Assembly: GCA_000002435.2 (NCBI GenBank)
Contig: CM018790.1
Source of the DNA: Giardia intestinalis
Taxonomy: Eukaryota
Reading direction: 5' to 3' (one strand)
DNA length: 64,000 bases
A program made the position numbers and the translations under genes. Positions 56,257 to 64,000 of the stretch are shown here, one piece after another (within the stretch, counting starts at the first letter, position 1; each line of letters starts with the position of its first letter). The notes beneath the pieces are model-generated. The model was not told the origin of the DNA and did no database searches. It saw only the letters and a program-made list of their open reading frames with translations.

Positions 56257-59200
56257 ATGGATTGTGAGCAGGAGCTCCGACCTGCATACAATATTTCTCC
56301 AAGTAAGAAGTGCAACTCGACGGATCCTATGGTATATAAACAATTTCTAGAGGAAAAATCCAGACAAAACGCTCTGAAACGTCGCCAAGAGGAGCTCGAG
56401 AACAGGTCGGCCAAAGCGCAGAGAGAGCAAGGATGGTCCAAGTATGTGAATGGTGAAAATAAGGGGACAGCGCGCAAGGCTAACTCATCAATGTCTAACG
56501 CAAATAACCCTCCTGCGCGACGGAGGTCAAGTCTATTTCCAAATCAGCAAAATACGCAGTGCACATCTTTACCATTATTTCCAGGAGCTCCCATCATGCC
56601 ACGGTCTGGGCCACCACCCATTAGTGATTCACAGCAACACCCTATTAGTAAGTCTATTGCCCAGGGTGGTCAGCAACGACGAGAGGGCGCTCGTGAATCG
56701 TGGGGGTGTCTTAACTATAATGAGTCTCTTAAACCTAGTGATGCCGGTCCTTATCCAACCAATCCGTACTTAAATCAGAGACAAGATTCCATGGAATACA
56801 TGGACAGCCTCCAACCAGGCGTACCATTGATTCACCAAAGCCGCTCGGATACTTTCTTAGATGGGAAGACACAGGAAATCGTGTTCAGTGGCACTGGAAC
56901 CATGTTTGAAGAAACACTTTTCTCATACGATTTTGAGGCCACAGGAGCAGGACTTGCAGACCCAGCTGTTGAGATACGCCTTACTGAACCTCTAGCAAAT
57001 CAAAATTGCAAGTATACTGGAGAGGAACATGAGGCTGATTTGAAGGAGGAGATACATGAGAGCGAAAGGTTTTCTGCTCTAGAAAACACAGGGAAGTTTA
57101 CGCACGAAGAAAGCACTTCTTTGTTTGGGTCATTGCTAAACACGCAAGAAGAACCAGACTCAAATGCAAGCATGAGCATTCCAGATAGCCTAATGATACT
57201 CGTCGAAAAAATGGATCAACTTCCCCCTAGCTGCTTCCAACCCCACGAGAACCTAGCAGCTACTGATAACCAGCCTCCTCCACTTGGCCGTGACGAGCTA
57301 AGAGGCGATTCTCGAAATGGCACTCGGCCACGCTCGTCGTTCCAAGAACTAAGACAGCAAGCACATGATCTCAAGACAGCGTTTACTAAGCTGAGCACCA
57401 ATGATCCTAGCGCTATTGCAGACTACGTTCTTAGTATGCCCCAAGAGTTCCAGATAAAACTGATGCATCTCATCAGGAAGGGAATGAGTGGTGACCAGCA
57501 GTCTTTGGGCGAGCTTCATGTCTCCTTTCAGCAAACGTCACTGATGTCCGAGATGGGTGACTCCCTTGTGACACCCATGTCGTTTTGTGATAAGTCCTTG
57601 GCCTCTACGCCAACTCGTGAAGTAAGACGCGTTAAAGAAGTAGTTACATCATCACCTCAAATAACCTCTACCCCTCTGTTAGCTCATCGCGCCAATCTTC
57701 CTGCTTTTGACGGTGATCTTAGCTTTAACCAATATAGGTCTCCTTCTCCAAAGCAGCCATTTCAGCCTACACCAACTCCTGCGTTCTCCAAATCATTGAG
57801 AGGTACTACCTTCGACAGTCCAGACTCTCCAGAAGAGAAGCCCATTACATCAGTTAATCAGCACACATTGCAACGCGCAACTCTGCGACGTGCCAGCCTA
57901 TCTCCAGTTGACGCCAATGCTCCTGCTGTGGACATCCATATACCAGCGGCGCCATCGGACGAAGTGGCCGTGCAGGACTGTGGAGGTAATATTCAAGAAT
58001 ATTTCGACCAATATGCACAGAGACACAGCCAAGTACCATCTACCGACTATTATAGAAGTATCTCTGACTGTTCCATCCAAGATGATACTGGCTCCAGTGA
58101 TGATGCCGAATCTAAAAGTCCTCTGGATGACATCAATAGAATCCTCCGAATTGAAGAGGCTCTCAGAGATTCTTCTGCAAACAGGCGCTTTTCTGCAAAG
58201 CCCCTTCTTACTGCTTCATCAAAGAGTTTTGCTGTACCGGAGGGAAAGCCCCCCGTTGTGCTTGAGAGTCCTCTACTTGTTGCTGAGTCCCAAAGACCAA
58301 GCAGACCGCATAGCCATTACACGCCCCGCTCCAGCAATACAATGCGGGTCTCCTATGGTCCTCACTACTTGGAAAAGGTGCAAAACGTGGAGCATCACTT
58401 GCCTATCCTGCTCCTTAAGTTTACGTCGACACACCCTAACTTCACTGCCAACCTCCGCGCCACCATGCTTCCAAATATACTGCAAGACGGGAACACAATT
58501 ATATACACAGCAGAGTATTTAAGTCTAAGCCGCGGAGTCTGGAAGACACGACAGCGACAGGGCGACATGTGTGTCGTAGACGCCATTCCATCACAGAAAG
58601 ACCCTATTTATGTATACCTAAGCTGCCTGTACTTGCCAGGAACCCCAAAATACTCTGTTGCCCAAGAGACCAGGAGAACACGGGATCCGACCCTAATTAT
58701 GCACCAGTTCACCGCCAGTGTTTATGCATTCTATCTTTCTGCTGCTGAGAACTATTGCAAAAAGAGTTTACATGGTCACTCTTACGAAAAAACGATTGCA
58801 GATCTGCGCAAGCTCTTTCCCAGTGGACACCGTGCTAATGTAGGAAATTCTCCCACTCTCCGAAAGGTTGTTTTAGACATATCCTCGTTAATAGCCAAGG
58901 ACCAAGATTTCCGAGTTGCAACTTGCATTGAGACACATCGGTGTATAAATGGCCTTCCAGCAACAACATTAGGCTCAGCCACAGATGTACTGATAGATCC
59001 TGCACCGATTCCCTTCACACCTGCCTCGAAGCTCTCGCCACGAGGCCCATCTCAGCACCAGCGGGTGCGGATTGATGGAAGCTCAATAACCCTATCCAAT
59101 AAAGCAGATAGGGCAGTACTCTATGACAAGATAACGATAAATATTCTTTCTAATCACGGAGACATAGGATTCGTGGGACTTGTAGCCCTCCAATTCTACG

Positions 59201-61683
59201 ACTCGGAAGGGGTAGAGATCTCTCCGTTCTATGATGCCATTTCTGGGCCGGACTCTGCCACTGTCGCGGCCTACATCAGTACAGACCCGAAAAAGAGCTC
59301 CATAATACCGCCTGGATCAATATATAATTTGCTCAACTTTGAATGCAGAACCACCGACCCAGATAAGATGTGGGTAGTTCGTCGCAACTTGGCAAAGCAG
59401 ATTGTCATTACTGTTAGTATACCAGTAACCCGACGTGTTTCTGCGGTGCGCTTCTGGAACTATAACAAAAGTCCGACAACAACAGACCAGGGTGTTCGCC
59501 GTGTTATAATTAAGCTGAACGCAGCAACAGTAGCAGACACAGAAATCAAGAAGGCCACTGGAACGCTCTCTGGGTGCTGCTCATGCGCTACCCTAATTGT
59601 ATTGGGGCATCAAAGTAGAGACTACGTAGAAAAAGTCCTCACTAGAGACAGATATAGAGAGATTATTGAAGAGGAGAACCAGGAACGTGAACGGTTAGCA
59701 AAGCTCGGAGAGGTTCCAAAAATAGATTTCTCCACAGCTGCATATAACCAACGAGGAGCTAGGCAATCGTCACACTGTAAGTTTGGTCCTCTTTCTACAA
59801 GCACCCTGTCTCTCATGGTTACTTCCATGTACGGAGACTACTCTAAGACAGTAACACTGGGCAACATAGCCCTAATAGATCATACTAACACCGTTTTACT
59901 GCCACGAAAGGTCCAGGTCCACGGTTCAGATGCAACCCACGTTGTCAGAGGACACTGCATGGGCAGAACAGAGAGAGTTGCAGTACTTACACCAGAGTTT
60001 AACCTCGAGCAGAGCTGTTTCATAGGGACCGCTACAAAGAACATCGCCTCCTATGATGAGTGTGCAAACGGACAGGAGCGAGTTGTAGCAGATGCTGTGA
60101 GCGAACCACTATGGGTCTGTTCGGTCGAAAAACATAATCACGAAGGAGGTACAGATGTAGTACCGCACGTGCAGGACATCCTTGCTAGCAGCTGTGGCGC
60201 AGGAATAACTGTCTGGTTCAAGGCAGCAGGAACTGTGGCAGAGGACGGCCTGATAATGTCCTCCAACAGTCCTGCCACTGCCTCAAGAGTTTCTGATAAG
60301 GCAGATGAATCCGGAGAGGCCGAGGAACCGGTGCGATACATTAAAAATGTTATACTCATTAATACGGCCGGAAATCAATCCTCTAATATACGGTACGTTC
60401 TTCTTTTTGTCAACGGGACGTTGTGGACGCCGTTTCCAGGCGTGTTCGTGCGTCCTAATTGTTACTCTAACTACTTTGCTACTCTCACGTCATCCCTCAA
60501 GAACATTATCAATAAAATTTCAATCATTGTAAAAGCACAACGCCAGCGCAAGGAAGTAGAAGATATAATGGAGGTATCTGTTGACAGAAAGGAGCAGCAG
60601 AGCAGAGGCATGGGCAGTAGCAGCGGCACGTCAACAGACGATGTCTTCGAAAAGCTCTATAAAGACGTGAGCGAAAAGGAAATACTCAATACTCCTGCGT
60701 TTGTAGAACCACAAATGGCCACGTTCATAAGGATTATGCACTCAAACGTTCTGTTTGGCCAATGGATAAGTATGGGACTGAATCAGCCCCGAGGAGCCAT
60801 GGAGATTACTAAAGAGCTAGGCTTGCAGAGCGATTATGACGCCCTCTTCAATTCGATCCATAACGAGCTGATAAAACGCGTAGAGAGAATCCAGGAACTT
60901 CAAGCGGGTACGGGCTATGGTGTAGGAAAGCGATTGGAGCAGGATCTATCTGACAATATCACATGCAATCAGAACCAGGTAGTGTATGTCTCACAGCACC
61001 TGTTACATGGCGGGCAACACCTGTCGTACATGTCTCTGAACTCTCCAAGGGGATACTGCTTAACCATCAACATTCTATCGCGGCATCCAGCCCAAAAAAG
61101 ATCAAAATCAGCGTCTTCTAGGCAATACTCTGATGGCAGTTTTCATAGTGTATTTAGTATTGGCCTCAACTCCATCAAAATATACGATGGAGTACACAAC
61201 CCCATCAACTTTAACACCACCGGGTGCGGAGTTTACTCCACGGCGCTATCCCAGACTTTAGCATACGACCTACAGGCATACAGGAACGTCAGTAGCAGCA
61301 TAGTGGTATCAGATGCAGAGAGCCCGGCAAGCAATCTTCTCAAGGGCCTCCCATGGGAGGTCACCTACAGGCTATCTCTTAATAGCTCTGCGACTTCTGA
61401 AATTGGAGATGAGGTCAAGGAGGCTATGCGCAGGATAGGGATATTTCGATCAGATGGGATCTTGATGGGTATCCACTTCATATCCTCCAGTCCCATGGAC
61501 ATCAGTGCCATTATATTCTGTAACAATAAGATTGCAGAAGTAAGCATTGCTATGGATACTCGCGTAATTTTTGAAGGGTGCCTGACAAATACCACGGACC
61601 CCCAAGTCATCGCTTTCTGCAAGAACCAGCAGCAATACAAGTCACTTGCTTCCGTAGGCATCAATGATAAACAAATGGTATGA
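56257..61683 (+). CDS. Large hypothetical protein of 1,808 aa. A repeated internal motif resembles the DUF4457 repeats of katanin-interacting protein (KATNIP/KIAA0556), a ciliary protein. This assignment is tentative.
   Basis: Clean ORF. Recurring motifs ITINILSNHGDIGFVGLVALQFYDSEGVEI, VILINTAGNQSS…, LTINILSRHPAQ and ALIDHTNTV. From memory, the DUF4457 consensus is …ILSTWGD.YYIGLNG[IL]ELYD..G..I…. Confidence 0.5.
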   Translation: MDCEQELRPAYNISPSKKCNSTDPMVYKQFLEEKSRQNALKRRQEELENRSAKAQREQGWSKYVNGENKGTARKANSSMSNANNPPARRRSSLFPNQQNTQCTSLPLFPGAPIMPRSGPPPISDSQQHPISKSIAQGGQQRREGARESWGCLNYNESLKPSDAGPYPTNPYLNQRQDSMEYMDSLQPGVPLIHQSRSDTFLDGKTQEIVFSGTGTMFEETLFSYDFEATGAGLADPAVEIRLTEPLANQNCKYTGEEHEADLKEEIHESERFSALENTGKFTHEESTSLFGSLLNTQEEPDSNASMSIPDSLMILVEKMDQLPPSCFQPHENLAATDNQPPPLGRDELRGDSRNGTRPRSSFQELRQQAHDLKTAFTKLSTNDPSAIADYVLSMPQEFQIKLMHLIRKGMSGDQQSLGELHVSFQQTSLMSEMGDSLVTPMSFCDKSLASTPTREVRRVKEVVTSSPQITSTPLLAHRANLPAFDGDLSFNQYRSPSPKQPFQPTPTPAFSKSLRGTTFDSPDSPEEKPITSVNQHTLQRATLRRASLSPVDANAPAVDIHIPAAPSDEVAVQDCGGNIQEYFDQYAQRHSQVPSTDYYRSISDCSIQDDTGSSDDAESKSPLDDINRILRIEEALRDSSANRRFSAKPLLTASSKSFAVPEGKPPVVLESPLLVAESQRPSRPHSHYTPRSSNTMRVSYGPHYLEKVQNVEHHLPILLLKFTSTHPNFTANLRATMLPNILQDGNTIIYTAEYLSLSRGVWKTRQRQGDMCVVDAIPSQKDPIYVYLSCLYLPGTPKYSVAQETRRTRDPTLIMHQFTASVYAFYLSAAENYCKKSLHGHSYEKTIADLRKLFPSGHRANVGNSPTLRKVVLDISSLIAKDQDFRVATCIETHRCINGLPATTLGSATDVLIDPAPIPFTPASKLSPRGPSQHQRVRIDGSSITLSNKADRAVLYDKITINILSNHGDIGFVGLVALQFYDSEGVEISPFYDAISGPDSATVAAYISTDPKKSSIIPPGSIYNLLNFECRTTDPDKMWVVRRNLAKQIVITVSIPVTRRVSAVRFWNYNKSPTTTDQGVRRVIIKLNAATVADTEIKKATGTLSGCCSCATLIVLGHQSRDYVEKVLTRDRYREIIEEENQERERLAKLGEVPKIDFSTAAYNQRGARQSSHCKFGPLSTSTLSLMVTSMYGDYSKTVTLGNIALIDHTNTVLLPRKVQVHGSDATHVVRGHCMGRTERVAVLTPEFNLEQSCFIGTATKNIASYDECANGQERVVADAVSEPLWVCSVEKHNHEGGTDVVPHVQDILASSCGAGITVWFKAAGTVAEDGLIMSSNSPATASRVSDKADESGEAEEPVRYIKNVILINTAGNQSSNIRYVLLFVNGTLWTPFPGVFVRPNCYSNYFATLTSSLKNIINKISIIVKAQRQRKEVEDIMEVSVDRKEQQSRGMGSSSGTSTDDVFEKLYKDVSEKEILNTPAFVEPQMATFIRIMHSNVLFGQWISMGLNQPRGAMEITKELGLQSDYDALFNSIHNELIKRVERIQELQAGTGYGVGKRLEQDLSDNITCNQNQVVYVSQHLLHGGQHLSYMSLNSPRGYCLTINILSRHPAQKRSKSASSRQYSDGSFHSVFSIGLNSIKIYDGVHNPINFNTTGCGVYSTALSQTLAYDLQAYRNVSSSIVVSDAESPASNLLKGLPWEVTYRLSLNSSATSEIGDEVKEAMRRIGIFRSDGILMGIHFISSSPMDISAIIFCNNKIAEVSIAMDTRVIFEGCLTNTTDPQVIAFCKNQQQYKSLASVGINDKQMV

Positions 61684-61742
61684 ATGATAAATGGTTAGGA
61701 GCTTATAAGTCAAGCCCGAAGGCTTAATTTTGGCTGTTTGAT

Positions 61743-61994
61743 CTAGCTATTTGATACCACCATAATCACATTGTCTCCGCGGAGCATAAAATTCTTTCGT
61801 TCTTCTGTATACTCGATGCCATTCTCCTCCCACGTCTCTGTGGCTTCTGAAAAGACGAGGTTCAAATGACGGTCGTATGCTTTTAGAACCCCAGTAATAA
61901 AGCGTCCTGAGCGCAGCTGAACGAGGACAGGCTTGCGCAGCGCCAGCACTTCGTCAAAGAACGCGTACGGTGAATCTGAGATCTTGTTTGACAT
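61743..61994 (-). CDS. Sm/LSm-family protein of ~83 aa, starting at the internal ATG at 61992-61994. The longer ORF-track version (to 62186) overlaps the MCM gene and is unlikely.
   Basis: The Sm fold signature VLVQLRSGRFITGVLKAYDRHLNLVFSEATE…RKNFMLRGDNVIMV fits the Sm1 and Sm2 motifs (G…D..MNLVL.D..E … R..G…IRG.N). Confidence 0.55.
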   Translation of the reverse strand: MSNKISDSPYAFFDEVLALRKPVLVQLRSGRFITGVLKAYDRHLNLVFSEATETWEENGIEYTEERKNFMLRGDNVIMVVSNS

Positions 61995-62076
61995 TGTGGT
62001 GACTATCGTGATTTTTTGTGTCTGGAAGTTCACTTTCCCACTTTCATCCACTTGGGCTGCACTAGAGTCTTCAGTG

Positions 62077-64000
62077 CTACTGTATGCCGAATGTTGGGGC
62101 AAGATGGGTAAATACATACTCACCTGGCGCGTCCTCGAGTAGCCAGCGATACTCCATGACCATTTTATCGAAGACCACCTTTGCAATGGCTCGACGTTCT
62201 ATTTCTGTCATCGTAGCATCTAGTGGCAGGTTGAGAACCAGCAGATTGATACTGGTATCATATGTAAGGCGCGAATGGCCTTCAGCAGCCATTATATACC
62301 GCATGCTTTGGCACATGGCCACTAATATAGTATATGATAAATCTATCGTTAGTACATTCGCAGAGGATTGGGATTGGTCTACAGTTCGCTCTGAGCGCCT
62401 CTCTCTGCCTCGTCCGTTGTCTTCATCAATGAGATCATCCGACCCATCCTGATCAATCTGACCCCGTGAGCCAGCTTTTGGCCTATTCAATAGATTGTCC
62501 AACTGTACCCTTCCATCAGTCAGCACTTCTACTTCGAACTTGATAATCTGATCTGCTACGTTAACGCAGGTCGTAGAAACCAGCTCAGCTGCCTTCTTTA
62601 CGTGCTCCTTGGTGATGGCCGTTGCCAAGCAGAGCCTTGCAAATGCCTCTGAGAGTCGCACAAGAGACTCCAGTTGACGTACAGTGATGCGAAAGCTCCT
62701 AGAGGTTGAGCCCACGTCTCTTCTACGAAGCTCAACCCATTGGTGAGAAATCTCGTCGATGGCGTCCTTTTGCAGTATGGGGCGAATAGTACGGCCTAAC
62801 GAAAGGTACAGTTGGATGATTTTGAAGGGGTACGGCACCTGGGGCTCTCCCCCAAGGTTCAGCAAGCTCCCTACGTTCTGGCAGTACTCCATGGCGTACC
62901 TCTCCTCCTGGGTAAGGTGATCAATATTAATCGGCTGAGATAAATTATTCTCCGGGTTGATTTCTTTTGCATATTGATATGCCGTGTTCCGGAGGACCTG
63001 CATGGTTATTATTCTGGATGCAACAAAGTTATCGACCTCCTTGTTGGGCTCATCTAGCAATACAAATGCCAGGTCGAAGCGGCTAAGGATAGGCTGGGAG
63101 ATGTTTATGTTGTTCTTAAGGGACTTGTTGCGTTGGTACCTTGAGCCTATCGGATTCATGGCGGCGAGCACTGGGGTCTTTGCTTTCAGAGTAATTGAGA
63201 TACCTGCCTTATTGATCGACACGCTCTGCTGCTCTAAACACTCATGCAGGGCTGTTTGATCGGTTACGCTTATCTTTTCAAACTCATCTATGAGGCACAG
63301 GCCGCCGTCTGCACGGATTAGAGCCCCTGCTTCCACAGTATATTCTCCTGTATCCGGATCAGTCACAACTGCAGCAGTGAGGCCTGCAGCAGTGCTGGAT
63401 TTCCCACTTGTGTAAACTGCCTTTTGATGAAAGTCTGCGGTATACTGAAGAAGCTGAGATTTAGCAGTGCTGGGGTCGCCAATGAGAAGAATATTGATGT
63501 CGGACCTAATTGAGAGATGCTCTGATCTGGTTATTTTCTTGATACCGCCTAGAAGCTGAAGGAGAATACCTAGCTTGACTGTCTCGTGTCCATAGATATG
63601 TGGGGCGAACGATGCAACCAAGTTAGAAACGATATTGGGGTCGTTGCGCATATTGGATACAGCCTCACGATACTCATCTGATAAGGAATCGAGCATGGCT
63701 GCAAGCGTTTGCTCCACGTCTTCGTTCGCTACCTCATCAGAGTGCTTGGTCAGCTGCTCTTCAAATGCGATCAGGAACGACGGTTTGTGAGCGTTGTAAT
63801 CCATGGGATCGTTATCACTGGCTCCATCTATTGCTTCTGGTTGATTGCCTCCCTCTGGAACTGGTCCAAAGATATCTTTGCTCATCTTGCAATATATGTG
63901 ACTTCCAATTATGACGTTTCTATAGGTAATTTCCCGGAGGCCTACACCTGTTATGCCAGTAACCCCCTCCTCATATCTTCCTCTCTGGATGTTGTCTTGG
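62077..64000 (-). CDS. MCM-family replicative helicase (MCM2-7 type). The C-terminal ~640 aa lie in the window; the ORF stays open past nt 64000, so the N-terminal domain is outside the window.
   Basis: Walker A ILLIGDPSTAKSQLL, Walker B CLIDEFEKI and arginine finger SRFDLAFVLLD. Hand translation upstream of the listed Met (63885) shows no stop to the window edge (…QDNIQRGRYEEGVTGITGVGLREITYRNVIIGSHIYCKMSKD…). Confidence 0.85.
   Translation of the reverse strand, partial: QDNIQRGRYEEGVTGITGVGLREITYRNVIIGSHIYCKMSKDIFGPVPEGGNQPEAIDGASDNDPMDYNAHKPSFLIAFEEQLTKHSDEVANEDVEQTLAAMLDSLSDEYREAVSNMRNDPNIVSNLVASFAPHIYGHETVKLGILLQLLGGIKKITRSEHLSIRSDINILLIGDPSTAKSQLLQYTADFHQKAVYTSGKSSTAAGLTAAVVTDPDTGEYTVEAGALIRADGGLCLIDEFEKISVTDQTALHECLEQQSVSINKAGISITLKAKTPVLAAMNPIGSRYQRNKSLKNNINISQPILSRFDLAFVLLDEPNKEVDNFVASRIITMQVLRNTAYQYAKEINPENNLSQPINIDHLTQEERYAMEYCQNVGSLLNLGGEPQVPYPFKIIQLYLSLGRTIRPILQKDAIDEISHQWVELRRRDVGSTSRSFRITVRQLESLVRLSEAFARLCLATAITKEHVKKAAELVSTTCVNVADQIIKFEVEVLTDGRVQLDNLLNRPKAGSRGQIDQDGSDDLIDEDNGRGRERRSERTVDQSQSSANVLTIDLSYTILVAMCQSMRYIMAAEGHSRLTYDTSINLLVLNLPLDATMTEIERRAIAKVVFDKMVMEYRWLLEDAPGEYVFTHLAPTFGIQ

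Noticed and set aside
61995-62186. N-terminal 64-aa extension of the Sm-like ORF
   Set aside because: It overlaps the 3' end of the MCM gene and has no Sm homology. The Sm fold begins at the internal Met at 61994, which also has a better initiator context.

Overview
This window is eukaryotic and protist-like, and almost certainly a Giardia intestinalis (lamblia) chromosomal segment. One 587-aa ORF is a textbook variant-specific surface protein (VSP): signal peptide, CXXC-rich body, a C-terminal transmembrane helix ending in CRGKA, then the VSP 3' motif ACTTAGGTAGTAAAC. Genes are intronless and tightly packed, with 1-150 bp intergenic gaps. ATG codons sit directly behind short AT-rich initiator elements, and AGTRAAY polyadenylation signals lie at or overlapping stop codons. 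The ORF track treats TTG as a start codon, so several listed starts were moved to the first ATG. About 20 protein-coding genes are supported.

Recognisable products:
- a partial UAA/SLC35B-like nucleotide-sugar transporter that runs off the left edge of the window and is missing from the ORF track
- two ankyrin-repeat (21.1-like) proteins, one with an IAP-type C-terminal RING
- ALG14
- a giant 6,739-aa ORF with a single P-loop
- an ABCC/MRP full transporter carrying lineage-specific insertions
- a WD40 Utp-like protein
- a TFIIB/BRF-like factor
- a frameshifted NEK-kinase/ankyrin pseudogene
- the VSP, with six perfect 117-bp tandem repeats
- a 2,245-aa kinase-like protein with large inserts and a polyQ tract
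- a TPH coiled-coil protein and IFT46 sharing a 151-bp divergent promoter
- a Clp1-family protein, ABCE1, and a 1,808-aa possible KATNIP-like protein
- an Sm/LSm protein
- a partial MCM helicase that runs off the right edge.

The most unusual structures are two diverged direct repeats of about 285 bp that bracket the pseudogene-plus-VSP segment, and the very GC-rich non-coding sequence around them. No prokaryotic-style system, CRISPR array, rRNA or transposon is evident.
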